DNA from: an uncultured Bacteroidaceae bacterium | GTDB lineage: Bacteria > Bacteroidota > Bacteroidia > Bacteroidales > GCA-2748055 | Length of the DNA: 64,000 nt | Assembly: GCA_964526475.1 (NCBI GenBank) | Contig: CAZGKF010000005.1 | Location: 5,270-69,269, forward strand | Direction: 5' to 3' | In this document: one piece after another, positions 9,701-16,946 of the stretch | Numbering within the stretch: position 1 is the first letter of the stretch | Layout of the letters: every line of letters starts with the position of its first letter | Position numbers and translations under genes: made by a program | Notes under the pieces: generated by a model | Told to the model about the DNA's origin: nothing | What the model saw: only the letters and a program-made list of their open reading frames with translations | Databases searched by the model: none

Positions 9701-10148
9701 TGTTAATCTCTCAAGGAATTTTTATTACGCCAGGATTTTTTCAGGGAACGCGGCTCCATTGAACCATCATTATTATGAGAGTTATGTTCCGGAAAATCCC
9801 TGGTTGCCGGTAAATACCGATGCAAGATTCCCGCGCTGGCGCGATCATAATCAGTCTAGATTCCATAGCAATTATACTAATATATCGGATATCTGGTATT
9901 TGAATGGAGCTTATATCCGATTGAAAAACATACAGTTAGGCTATAACCTTCCGAAAAATCTGACCGATCGTGTTGGGATAAATAACTTAAGGATATATAT
10001 CGGTGGTTATAATATTCTTACCCTGACAGCTGATATGAAAATTGTTGACCCCGAAGCTGACCACAGCCCTGCATTAGGAAGTAATCAGGTTGGGATCTAT
10101 CATCCTCAGATGGGTACATATAATTTAGGAATAGATATTAAATTCTAA
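6714..10148 (+). CDS. SusC/RagA-family TonB-dependent outer-membrane transporter with N-terminal signalling (STN) extension
   Basis: 1144 aa. STN-like region (LRDVLRMIETQSNYRFFYND), a carboxypeptidase-regulatory-like domain (VSGTVTDSDGNPLPGVSVFVQGTTIGTVTDPDGNFEL), a plug (VVVGYGTQRRVNLTGSIS) and a C-terminal beta-barrel ending ...YNLGIDIKF. It sits next to a SusD-like gene and sigma/anti-sigma genes. Confidence 0.95.
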   Translation: MKKFCIGKYLFTNKHLRKILLTMKLSFILLFFIILQSTAGVLSQNLTLDVKNQSLRDVLRMIETQSNYRFFYNDQLSGLNKTINLKAENASVEELLNQLLDNQQFSYTSMENNMIVIAPTELMQQRKVSGTVTDSDGNPLPGVSVFVQGTTIGTVTDPDGNFELTIPADAQVLVFTFVGMSSQEIAVGESTVFNVTMVEEFIGLDEVVVVGYGTQRRVNLTGSISTVDNEEISRVAMPTLTQALMGKASGLFIKNMSGQPGTNKTSFNIRGFGNPLIIVDGAPVSSSEFQQINPNDIENFSILKDAAAASIYGSRAGNGVILVSTKRGFKSAPQISLSSDYAQQFFTHIPDFLDAGDYLRMKNYSEWAVGRSPVYSQELIDLYDEGGDPEYPNNQMWPIVFHKYAPQATHNFNVRGGTDNVRYFLSAGWFDQNGMLKANTMKYDRYSFRSNIDVNLTSKLNLETSLSFISDDYIGPRQEMEGAKGEQGIIQRTYRQRTFFQRYDVYPDKSKVPAYGDGSSEDPYYFTFHEYFGYRKTKTQYTDLNFTLKYDLPLGFQARANYYVSNKAYSYKRRTWEGKQYFWDEETDIYTFRRQSFPYNELEERRDRTNVFNQQYILTWQESFNNHNFSGIAGYEVLSDNYDRIEASRIRYELNLDYLFAGPDLDKSNYGTANEGGRSAFFGRINYDYMGKYLLEFNSRWDASPNFPPDSRWGFFPSLSLGWRLSEEDFMSNISFLDNLKIRASHGNLGYDRAGDFQYLATYSMSGRYIFDNTLDPGLREDAMPNPYITWEKMTTSNIGIDFGLWNHKLDGSLDYFYRKRTDVLGNRILSLPNVVGAVLPQENYREFDNRGWELSLQHRNKIGEISYSLGTNLSWNREKALVVDQSDFSNMEAFRTGNNAGEWTDRYWLYQHDGLFKSQEEIDNYGVIIDGASNRTILPGDVKFVDYNGDGIISGADRVLGGRGTMPRFIYGINMDFSWKGFDFLMLWQGASLFNVNLSRNFYYARIFSGNAAPLNHHYYESYVPENPWLPVNTDARFPRWRDHNQSRFHSNYTNISDIWYLNGAYIRLKNIQLGYNLPKNLTDRVGINNLRIYIGGYNILTLTADMKIVDPEADHSPALGSNQVGIYHPQMGTYNLGIDIKF

Positions 10149-10158
10149 AACAGTAAAA

Positions 10159-11910
10159 ATGAGAACAAAACTTTATATACTTATTGCTTCTATAGCCATG
10201 TTCTGGTCTTGTGAAGTAGATGTTTTTGATAAGCAACCATTGGATAAAATATCTGATGCTGCTGTCTGGAATGATGAAGCAATGATACGCGCCGTTGCTA
10301 CTAATCTTTATACAAGACTTTCATTCTTTGAAGTACCGGGTTGGCTTACCCCTACAATTCTGACGTATAGTGATGAATCTACCTATAGTAGCGGAAACAT
10401 GGGTGCTGTTACAACCGGTGGTATTTCACGATCAAGTGACCCGCTGTCATTCTGGAACTACACCCTTATACGCGACATGAGTACTTTTATTGAAAAGATT
10501 GCAGACTCTCCTGTAAATGAAAATGCAAAAAAGCAGTTGGAAGGAGAAGTAAGGGCAATGAGGGCATATGCATATTATGAGATGATGAAAAGGTACGGAG
10601 GTGTTCCTCTGGTGGACATACCAATTGATCCGTTTAGCCCGATCGATATCAAATATACAGAACGCAGTACAGAAGAAGCTATTGCTGATTTTATTGATAC
10701 CGAGCTAACCACTGCCATTGGTTTATTAACTGAGAATCATATTCCCAGGGGGAGAATTAATAAATGGACGGCATACGCTTTTAAAGCAAGAGCGAATTTA
10801 TGGGCTGCTTCCATTGCAAAGTTCAGTACAGTTGAGTTAAATGGATTGGTGGGGATTCCTGCTTCCAGGGCAAATGAGTTCTATACCAGAGCTTCTGATG
10901 CCGCACAGGCTGTTATTGGCTCAGGCAAGTATTCCCTGTATGAAAAAGTTGCAGATAAGGCAGAAAACTTCCGGAAAATCTTTGTGGATGATAATAATAA
11001 TCCAGAGGTAATTTTTGAAGTAGTATTCGATGGGGTAAACCTGAATCATAGCTGGGATTATGTCCATGCCCCTGCAGAATTCGGGGCACATGGAGGCGTC
11101 CTTGATCCTTTTCTCGATTTTGTCCTTAGTTTCGAAAATATTGACGGTTCATCAACTCAACCTTTATTAGGGACAGATCATCTGTATGATAACGGTTTCG
11201 AACCTTTTGAAAATAAAGATCCACGGCTTCATGCAAACATATTTTTTCAGGGAGATATATGGCAGGGCATAGCAGTTGAGACTTATGAAGGTCTGGATCC
11301 TAGTCCGACACCTACGCCTGCTAACATTCTGACTGATGCCGCAGGAAACTATAACGGAACTCCTTATGTAGGATTTGCTTCCAGAAATATAGCTGAACGT
11401 AACAAAGCTACCTTAACAGGTTTCCTCCCAAAGAAATATCTGGCTGAAACGGGATACTATAACCGTAATGAATCCTCCACTAACTGGAAGGTCTTAAGGT
11501 TGGCAGAAATGTATCTTATTAAAGCTGAAGCTGAATTTGAAAAAGGTACCAACCTCACAGCCGCAGCAGATGCACTGAACGCAACTCGGGAAAGAGCGGG
11601 AATAAGCCTGGTTGATCAGAGTACCATTACCCGAAACCATGTACGCACCGAATGGAACTCGGAAACATGCTTTGAAGGTGAACGATGGTATCATCTCAGA
11701 AGATGGAGAATTGCCGAAGGTATATTAGACGGGTCCAGTTTTAAAGGGATACAAATAATTCTTCATTACGAATCAGGAAAATATTATTTTCTTGAAAGAG
11801 ATTTGGTTGAAGGATTTAATCGCATATTCAGACCGGAACACTATTATAATCCTATTACCAACTCAAGGATAAATAATAATCCGGATCTAATCGAAAATCC
11901 ACTCTATTAA
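10159..11910 (+). CDS. SusD/RagB-family nutrient-binding outer-membrane lipoprotein
   Basis: Lipoprotein signal (IASIAMFWSCEV). SusD-like motifs (VRAMRAYAYYEMMKRYGGVPLV, LRLAEMYLIKAEAEFE, FEGERWYHLRRW). It starts 10 nt after the SusC-like stop. Confidence 0.9.
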   Translation: MRTKLYILIASIAMFWSCEVDVFDKQPLDKISDAAVWNDEAMIRAVATNLYTRLSFFEVPGWLTPTILTYSDESTYSSGNMGAVTTGGISRSSDPLSFWNYTLIRDMSTFIEKIADSPVNENAKKQLEGEVRAMRAYAYYEMMKRYGGVPLVDIPIDPFSPIDIKYTERSTEEAIADFIDTELTTAIGLLTENHIPRGRINKWTAYAFKARANLWAASIAKFSTVELNGLVGIPASRANEFYTRASDAAQAVIGSGKYSLYEKVADKAENFRKIFVDDNNNPEVIFEVVFDGVNLNHSWDYVHAPAEFGAHGGVLDPFLDFVLSFENIDGSSTQPLLGTDHLYDNGFEPFENKDPRLHANIFFQGDIWQGIAVETYEGLDPSPTPTPANILTDAAGNYNGTPYVGFASRNIAERNKATLTGFLPKKYLAETGYYNRNESSTNWKVLRLAEMYLIKAEAEFEKGTNLTAAADALNATRERAGISLVDQSTITRNHVRTEWNSETCFEGERWYHLRRWRIAEGILDGSSFKGIQIILHYESGKYYFLERDLVEGFNRIFRPEHYYNPITNSRINNNPDLIENPLY

Positions 11911-11928
11911 TAGCAAAAATATTCAATC

Positions 11929-12624
11929 ATGAAAAAAATAATCCAATCTTTGAAATATCTGGTCGTAATGCTAATAATTCCTGCATTATTAACCAGTTGT
12001 AATAAAGAAGTTACAGACTTTGGGTATGACGGTCAGTTCATGGGTAAGATTACCGACTCATCAGGTAATTTTATTTCAGGTGATCCAAATACATCAAACC
12101 TGGAAGTCAGAATACTGGGAGAAAAAGATCTGTCCGAACTTATCATTAGAGTCAAAACAGACGGAACATACGCAAATACCAAACTTTATCCTCAAGAGTA
12201 TAAAGTTTGGCTCAGCGGGCCTGTAATACCTGTTGATACCTTATATGTTGATCTGAAAGGAGGTAAAACCGTTACAAAAGACTTTGTTGTAACTCCTTTA
12301 CTTTCTGTTGATCCCCCGGTGCTCAACGGAACCCCAACATCCACCGAGATAAGTATTGATTACAATATTACCGGTAATGCGGGTAATACTCCAAATCTCA
12401 GGGAAGTCATATGCAGTACTGCTTCCTGGCCAAACACATCCACCGGGAGTGGTTATGCATGGCAAACGAAAAAGGTCACTGTTGGTTCTGATTCAGGAAC
12501 GGCCACTGTAACCGGTCTCACCCCAGGTACTAAATATTATGTCCGTATCAGTGCCAGGGCCAGTGGACAATCACTGTTTAATTATAGTGATCAGATCACT
12601 GTTACAACTCCTGATGCTCCTTAA
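11929..12624 (+). CDS. PUL-associated surface lipoprotein (DUF3823-like N-terminal domain + FN3-like C-terminal domain)
   Basis: Lipoprotein signal (IPALLTSCNKE). GKITDSSGNFISG...DGTYANTKLYPQEYKVWLSGP fits the DUF3823-type pattern, and the C-terminus ...GLTPGTKYYVRISARASG is FN3-like. Position is directly after SusD. Confidence 0.55.
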   Translation: MKKIIQSLKYLVVMLIIPALLTSCNKEVTDFGYDGQFMGKITDSSGNFISGDPNTSNLEVRILGEKDLSELIIRVKTDGTYANTKLYPQEYKVWLSGPVIPVDTLYVDLKGGKTVTKDFVVTPLLSVDPPVLNGTPTSTEISIDYNITGNAGNTPNLREVICSTASWPNTSTGSGYAWQTKKVTVGSDSGTATVTGLTPGTKYYVRISARASGQSLFNYSDQITVTTPDAP

Positions 12625-12660
12625 TGTCTGTTAATTAATCAGATATAAGGAGCTAATACA

Positions 12661-12704
12661 TTATCCTGTGTCAAAAATAAATCTTGCATTTTGACACAGG
12701 ATAA
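12661..12704 (+). terminator. Strong hairpin after the SusC/SusD/lipoprotein unit (putative intrinsic terminator)
   Basis: A perfect 16-bp stem TTATCCTGTGTCAAAA (12661-12676) / TTTTGACACAGGATAA (12689-12704) with a 12-nt loop, followed by TTAATTTTG. It lies 37 nt after the stop at 12624. Confidence 0.7.
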
Positions 12705-12729
12705 TTAATTTTGAAAAAACTTCTTTCCC

Positions 12730-14058
12730 ATGCTCACAGGACTTCCTCTATTATCAGTTTTCTTTTTTTCGATTATAGTATTACTCTTAATCGTTATTAA
12801 GCTTAAACTTAATCCCTTCCTTGCACTGCTTATAATCAGCTATCTTACAGGTTTTGCTGTCAGAATGCCATTTGATGCCATAAATAAAAATGTCGCTGCC
12901 GGGTTTGGAAGCACACTTGAAGGAATTGGTATTGTAATTGGCCTGGGTATAGTGTTAGGTATATTATTATCCAAATCAGGGGCAACAGAAAAAATTGCCC
13001 GTTCAATACTCAGCTTAACCGGTAATAAACATGCCCCGCTGGCAATCTGCATTACAGGGCTGATTGTTTCCATCCCGGTATTTATGGACGCGGCATTTGT
13101 GATACTTTTTCCACTTGTACTGAGTATTTCACGACTCACAAAAATACCGGTAATTACTTTAACAACCGCACTGGCCATAGGATTGATCACTTCACACAGC
13201 ATGATCATCCCTACCCCCGGTCCGGTGGAAGTGGTAAATAGTCTGCAACCTAATATTGGCTCTTATGTAGGACTTGCATTGCTTATCTCCATACCGGCAG
13301 CGCTGGCCGGAGGGTGGTTATACGGTTTATATATCGGAAAAAGGAATTATGGTGAATCATCACATAATTTTGAACGCGAAATGACAGATGATAATGTGAA
13401 ATCACCCGGAGCATTCCTTTCCTTTGCCTGTTTACTTATGCCCATAGTATTAATATTACTTGGCAGCACTATTCGATTTTTATTTCCTGACGGAAATCTG
13501 ATAATCAGAATAATAGCTTTTGCAGGAGATAAAAATGCTGCTTTATTAATAAGTGTTGTTTTCTCCATTATCACTCTAAGAAAATATTTGCTTGGCTCTG
13601 TCAACGAAATGATATCGGAAGCAGGCGAATCGGCAGGTATGATCATGCTCATAACCGGAGCAGGCGGAGCTTATGGTTTTATAGTAAACCAGAGTGGAAT
13701 AGGAGCTTTCCTTGTAGATAGTATGGTAAATATGGATTTTCCTTTAATACTCACAGGATTCTTACTCTCTGCCCTGCTGAGGGCATCGCTCGGATCTGCA
13801 ACAGTTGCACTTATTGCTACCTCAGCAATTATCGGACCTTCCGTAGCAGGTCTTGAGTCATCATCCAATGTGTTGGTTACCATTGCAATCTGCCTGGGAG
13901 GAATTGGATTCTCACTACCCAATGATTCTGGATTTTGGGTGGTATCACGCTTTGCGAAATTATCTATCAAACAAACACTGTCCTCATGGAGTGCAGGAGG
14001 AACTATCGCTGCACTCACAGGTTTTACCATTCTTTACATAATAAACTTGTTTATTTAA
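12730..14058 (+). CDS. GntP-family (gluconate/aldonate:H+) permease
   Basis: 442 aa and polytopic. The N-terminus LLLIVIKLKLNPFLALLIISYLTGFA and GIVIGLGIVLGILLSKSGA are typical of GntP/GntT-type transporters. Confidence 0.8.
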   Translation: MLTGLPLLSVFFFSIIVLLLIVIKLKLNPFLALLIISYLTGFAVRMPFDAINKNVAAGFGSTLEGIGIVIGLGIVLGILLSKSGATEKIARSILSLTGNKHAPLAICITGLIVSIPVFMDAAFVILFPLVLSISRLTKIPVITLTTALAIGLITSHSMIIPTPGPVEVVNSLQPNIGSYVGLALLISIPAALAGGWLYGLYIGKRNYGESSHNFEREMTDDNVKSPGAFLSFACLLMPIVLILLGSTIRFLFPDGNLIIRIIAFAGDKNAALLISVVFSIITLRKYLLGSVNEMISEAGESAGMIMLITGAGGAYGFIVNQSGIGAFLVDSMVNMDFPLILTGFLLSALLRASLGSATVALIATSAIIGPSVAGLESSSNVLVTIAICLGGIGFSLPNDSGFWVVSRFAKLSIKQTLSSWSAGGTIAALTGFTILYIINLFI

Positions 14059-14101
14059 TAGTTTAATATTTTATGCATAGTAAGCGTTTTAAAAAACCTC
14101 T

Positions 14102-14239
14102 AAGCACACAAAGAAATACGAAGAGAAACGCAAAAAATTGATTCATAAAATTATGACAGAGAATGAATTATAAACGATTTATAACATGGGCTTTGAGCTC
14201 TTTGCGAGATTCCGATAGCTATCGGAACTTTGCGTGCTT
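14102..14239. repeat. IR-flanked ~138-bp intergenic element with a central 14-bp palindrome
   Basis: The arms AAGCACACAAAG (14102-14113) and CTTTGCGTGCTT (14228-14239) are reverse complements at 11/12 positions. A perfect palindrome CCGATAGCTATCGG lies at 14212-14225. Confidence 0.6.
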
Positions 14240-14295
14240 TGCGGTTACAATAAATTATTTTTAAATTAAATTCCAATTCACATTATTATTAAGTT

Positions 14296-16878
14296 ATGAG
14301 AAAATTAAAAAATTCGTTTATAATCTGTATTTTATGTTTTTTTCTTCCATTAACAATTAAATGCCAGGTATTTAACCCATGGGGGAAAGGTGAATTCAAA
14401 GGAAGAATAGCCTGGAGTTCAGATGGAAACTACTGTGATGAAGATGATTGGGGAGCCTCCCCTGTTGCACTGGCTATTTTTGCTGAATTCGGTGTTAAAG
14501 ATAAACTGGTACATTTCGATTATAATAACATAATGCCAATTACTGATAAAGAGTGGGAAAGACAACATGCAATATCTGTTCTTGGCGCTGCTACGCGTTA
14601 CGGCTACTCAAAAGATATATTTGTCGATTGTCAGAAAGATTTAAAAGCAGCAGTAAATAGTATCGCTAAAGCAATAAATGCTTCCTCAGCAGATAATCCG
14701 CTTTATTTTATACTGGCAGGTCCAATGGAGGTACCTCTTCTGGGAATTCAAAAAGCCGACCCGGAAAAACTAAAATTTATTACCTGTATTTCGCATAATG
14801 CATGGAATGACGGGTACATGGATTATATTAGTCGTAAGCAAACCACCGATAAAAAGGTTGAATTTAATAAGCGGGATATAATCTCCATGGGTATAAACTG
14901 GATACAGATAACTGACCAGAATCAATTCCTCAGAACCAGTCCAAGGAATACAACATCTTATATAGAGCCTGAATGGAGACCCTGGTTCTGGATGCGGGAT
15001 TCAAAAGACCCCAATTTGAGATTCATATTTGAAAGACTAATGCACTATAAAAGAGCTGATTGTTCAGATGCCGGAATGGCCTATTTTCTGATGACTGGTG
15101 ATGAGGAGGGTGATATAGACAAATTGAAATCTCTTCTGGAGAACAAAATAGTTCCAAAACCTTTGCAGAGCCGAACAATCATCAGAATGGAAGCAGAAAA
15201 TTTTGAAAAGTTTCAGAACTTTGATGTTTTCAGAGAAAGAGGGATATCACAACATCTGAGTATAATGTATTCAGGAGAGACTGAAGGTTACATAAGCACA
15301 AAATTCAAAGAGATTTATAGTCCTTTAAACAGTGATTATGATGTAGAATTCAGAATTCATTCAGAATCAGGCAGTGAAGCTGAATTTTGTTTATATGTCA
15401 ATGGGGAAATGACAGCTGAGAGATGGAAAGCTTCCGGAACGGGAACGTGGCATACAGAAACAATCAGAGATATTCCTGTTGCTTATGGTGATGAAATAAG
15501 TATTAAAGTTATAAGCAAAATACCAGGAATTATTAAACTGGATTATATCCAATTAACCGACCGCATTCAAAAAAATCCCTTTACCCGCCGGATTGCCGAC
15601 CCACTTGATGATCCCAATGCACTTCCTGGACAGATCATCATTGCAGGCGATCGACCCGGATATTTAAAATACAACGGCATACCCGGGCCAGCATATTTAT
15701 GCGGACCGGATAACCCGGAAACTTTTGCCTATGATGATTTTGGGCATTACAATACCAGAAAAGATTCCGGACAGGAAGAGATGATTAAAGTTATGGATGA
15801 AGCAGGTGTTAATGCTTTTCATTTTATTATCTGGAAAATGCAAAAAACAAATATAAAAGGCGAAGGAAATGACCTGCATAATCCCTTTATTGATAATGAC
15901 CCTTCCAAAGAACTTGATCAGAAAGTACTTGACAAATGGGACAAGTGGCTTGATCTGTTGAAAGAGGCAGGGATTACTGTTCATCTTGAATTTTATGACG
16001 ATGCAACAGATGTTGAAATGATAGGATGGAAATTGGACGATGCAGGAAACCTTCATCCTGATGAACATAGATTTATTACAGGAATTGTTAATAAATTCAA
16101 GCACCACAAAAATATTATCTGGGGAATAGAAGAAAGTCTCAATAAACCGCCCAGGGAGCGTGTCACCCATTTTAAAAAGATCGCTGACATAATTGCTGAA
16201 ACGGATAATCATAACCACCCTATCCATTTAAGCTTCGTGATACCTAATGATCCGGAAGGAGACGATCCGGAGAACCCGGCTACTCCCGACGATTTCAAAG
16301 ATCATCCCAACGCCCGGTTGGTTTCCTGGTTGCATATTCATAAACACGATGAAAATATTGAAGCACAGTATGAAGAGTACCTGAAATATTATCTGAGAGA
16401 CTTCAGAAACTTCATAGTGATGACTAATGAAACTTTCCGCCATCCCAACAGGGGCAGCGATTTTAGCCGGAAATATGTCTGGGCATGCGCAATGACAGGT
16501 ATGCATAAACTGATCCCTTCCCATCGTCCAAATATTACAAGGGATTTAATTCATCTGCAAGAAGATGGATATGTTGCCTCATTTATGGAAAAAACTGATT
16601 TTCACACTATGTGGCACCGGAACGACCTGGCAGCAGGCTCTGCAAAATGGGTTCTCGCAAATCCGGGTAATAGTTACATCCTATATACATATGACTATCA
16701 AGATAATATGGGTTTAATTGGAATGTTTCAGGGATGGTATGACCTCCTCTGGCTGGACACTGAAACGGGTGAAACTGTGTGGCAAAGAAACATCCTTGCC
16801 AAATGGGGTGAAAATACCTGGAAAAAACCTCCGACAATTGGTAACGAGATCGCTTTATATGTGCGTAAACGATATTAA
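14296..16878 (+). CDS. Exported ~860-aa multidomain protein of unknown function, tandem paralog 1
   Basis: Signal peptide. The N-terminal ~290 aa carry SSDGNYCDEDDWGASPVALAIFA. The middle part is a beta-sandwich-like segment starting RMEAENF and ending KLDYIQL. The C-terminal half has clan GH-A-like strand motifs (IIWGIEESLNKPP, NFIVMTNETFRHP) and a terminal beta-sandwich (YILYTYD...YDLLWLDTETGETV). Confidence 0.85.
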   Translation: MRKLKNSFIICILCFFLPLTIKCQVFNPWGKGEFKGRIAWSSDGNYCDEDDWGASPVALAIFAEFGVKDKLVHFDYNNIMPITDKEWERQHAISVLGAATRYGYSKDIFVDCQKDLKAAVNSIAKAINASSADNPLYFILAGPMEVPLLGIQKADPEKLKFITCISHNAWNDGYMDYISRKQTTDKKVEFNKRDIISMGINWIQITDQNQFLRTSPRNTTSYIEPEWRPWFWMRDSKDPNLRFIFERLMHYKRADCSDAGMAYFLMTGDEEGDIDKLKSLLENKIVPKPLQSRTIIRMEAENFEKFQNFDVFRERGISQHLSIMYSGETEGYISTKFKEIYSPLNSDYDVEFRIHSESGSEAEFCLYVNGEMTAERWKASGTGTWHTETIRDIPVAYGDEISIKVISKIPGIIKLDYIQLTDRIQKNPFTRRIADPLDDPNALPGQIIIAGDRPGYLKYNGIPGPAYLCGPDNPETFAYDDFGHYNTRKDSGQEEMIKVMDEAGVNAFHFIIWKMQKTNIKGEGNDLHNPFIDNDPSKELDQKVLDKWDKWLDLLKEAGITVHLEFYDDATDVEMIGWKLDDAGNLHPDEHRFITGIVNKFKHHKNIIWGIEESLNKPPRERVTHFKKIADIIAETDNHNHPIHLSFVIPNDPEGDDPENPATPDDFKDHPNARLVSWLHIHKHDENIEAQYEEYLKYYLRDFRNFIVMTNETFRHPNRGSDFSRKYVWACAMTGMHKLIPSHRPNITRDLIHLQEDGYVASFMEKTDFHTMWHRNDLAAGSAKWVLANPGNSYILYTYDYQDNMGLIGMFQGWYDLLWLDTETGETVWQRNILAKWGENTWKKPPTIGNEIALYVRKRY

Positions 16879-16946
16879 TGTGAATAATTTTAAACCAGTA
16901 AAACCCTGATCAAATTAAATAAAAATATTAATCTAAAATTTGAGAG

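Noticed and set aside
15697-16227. 176-aa antisense ORF inside paralog 1 (a similar 163-aa ORF lies at 18927..19418 inside paralog 2)
   Set aside because: Both lie fully inside much longer sense ORFs with clear protein-like conservation between the paralogs. The antisense translations are low-complexity and Ile/Phe/Lys-rich, as expected from AT-rich antisense frames.
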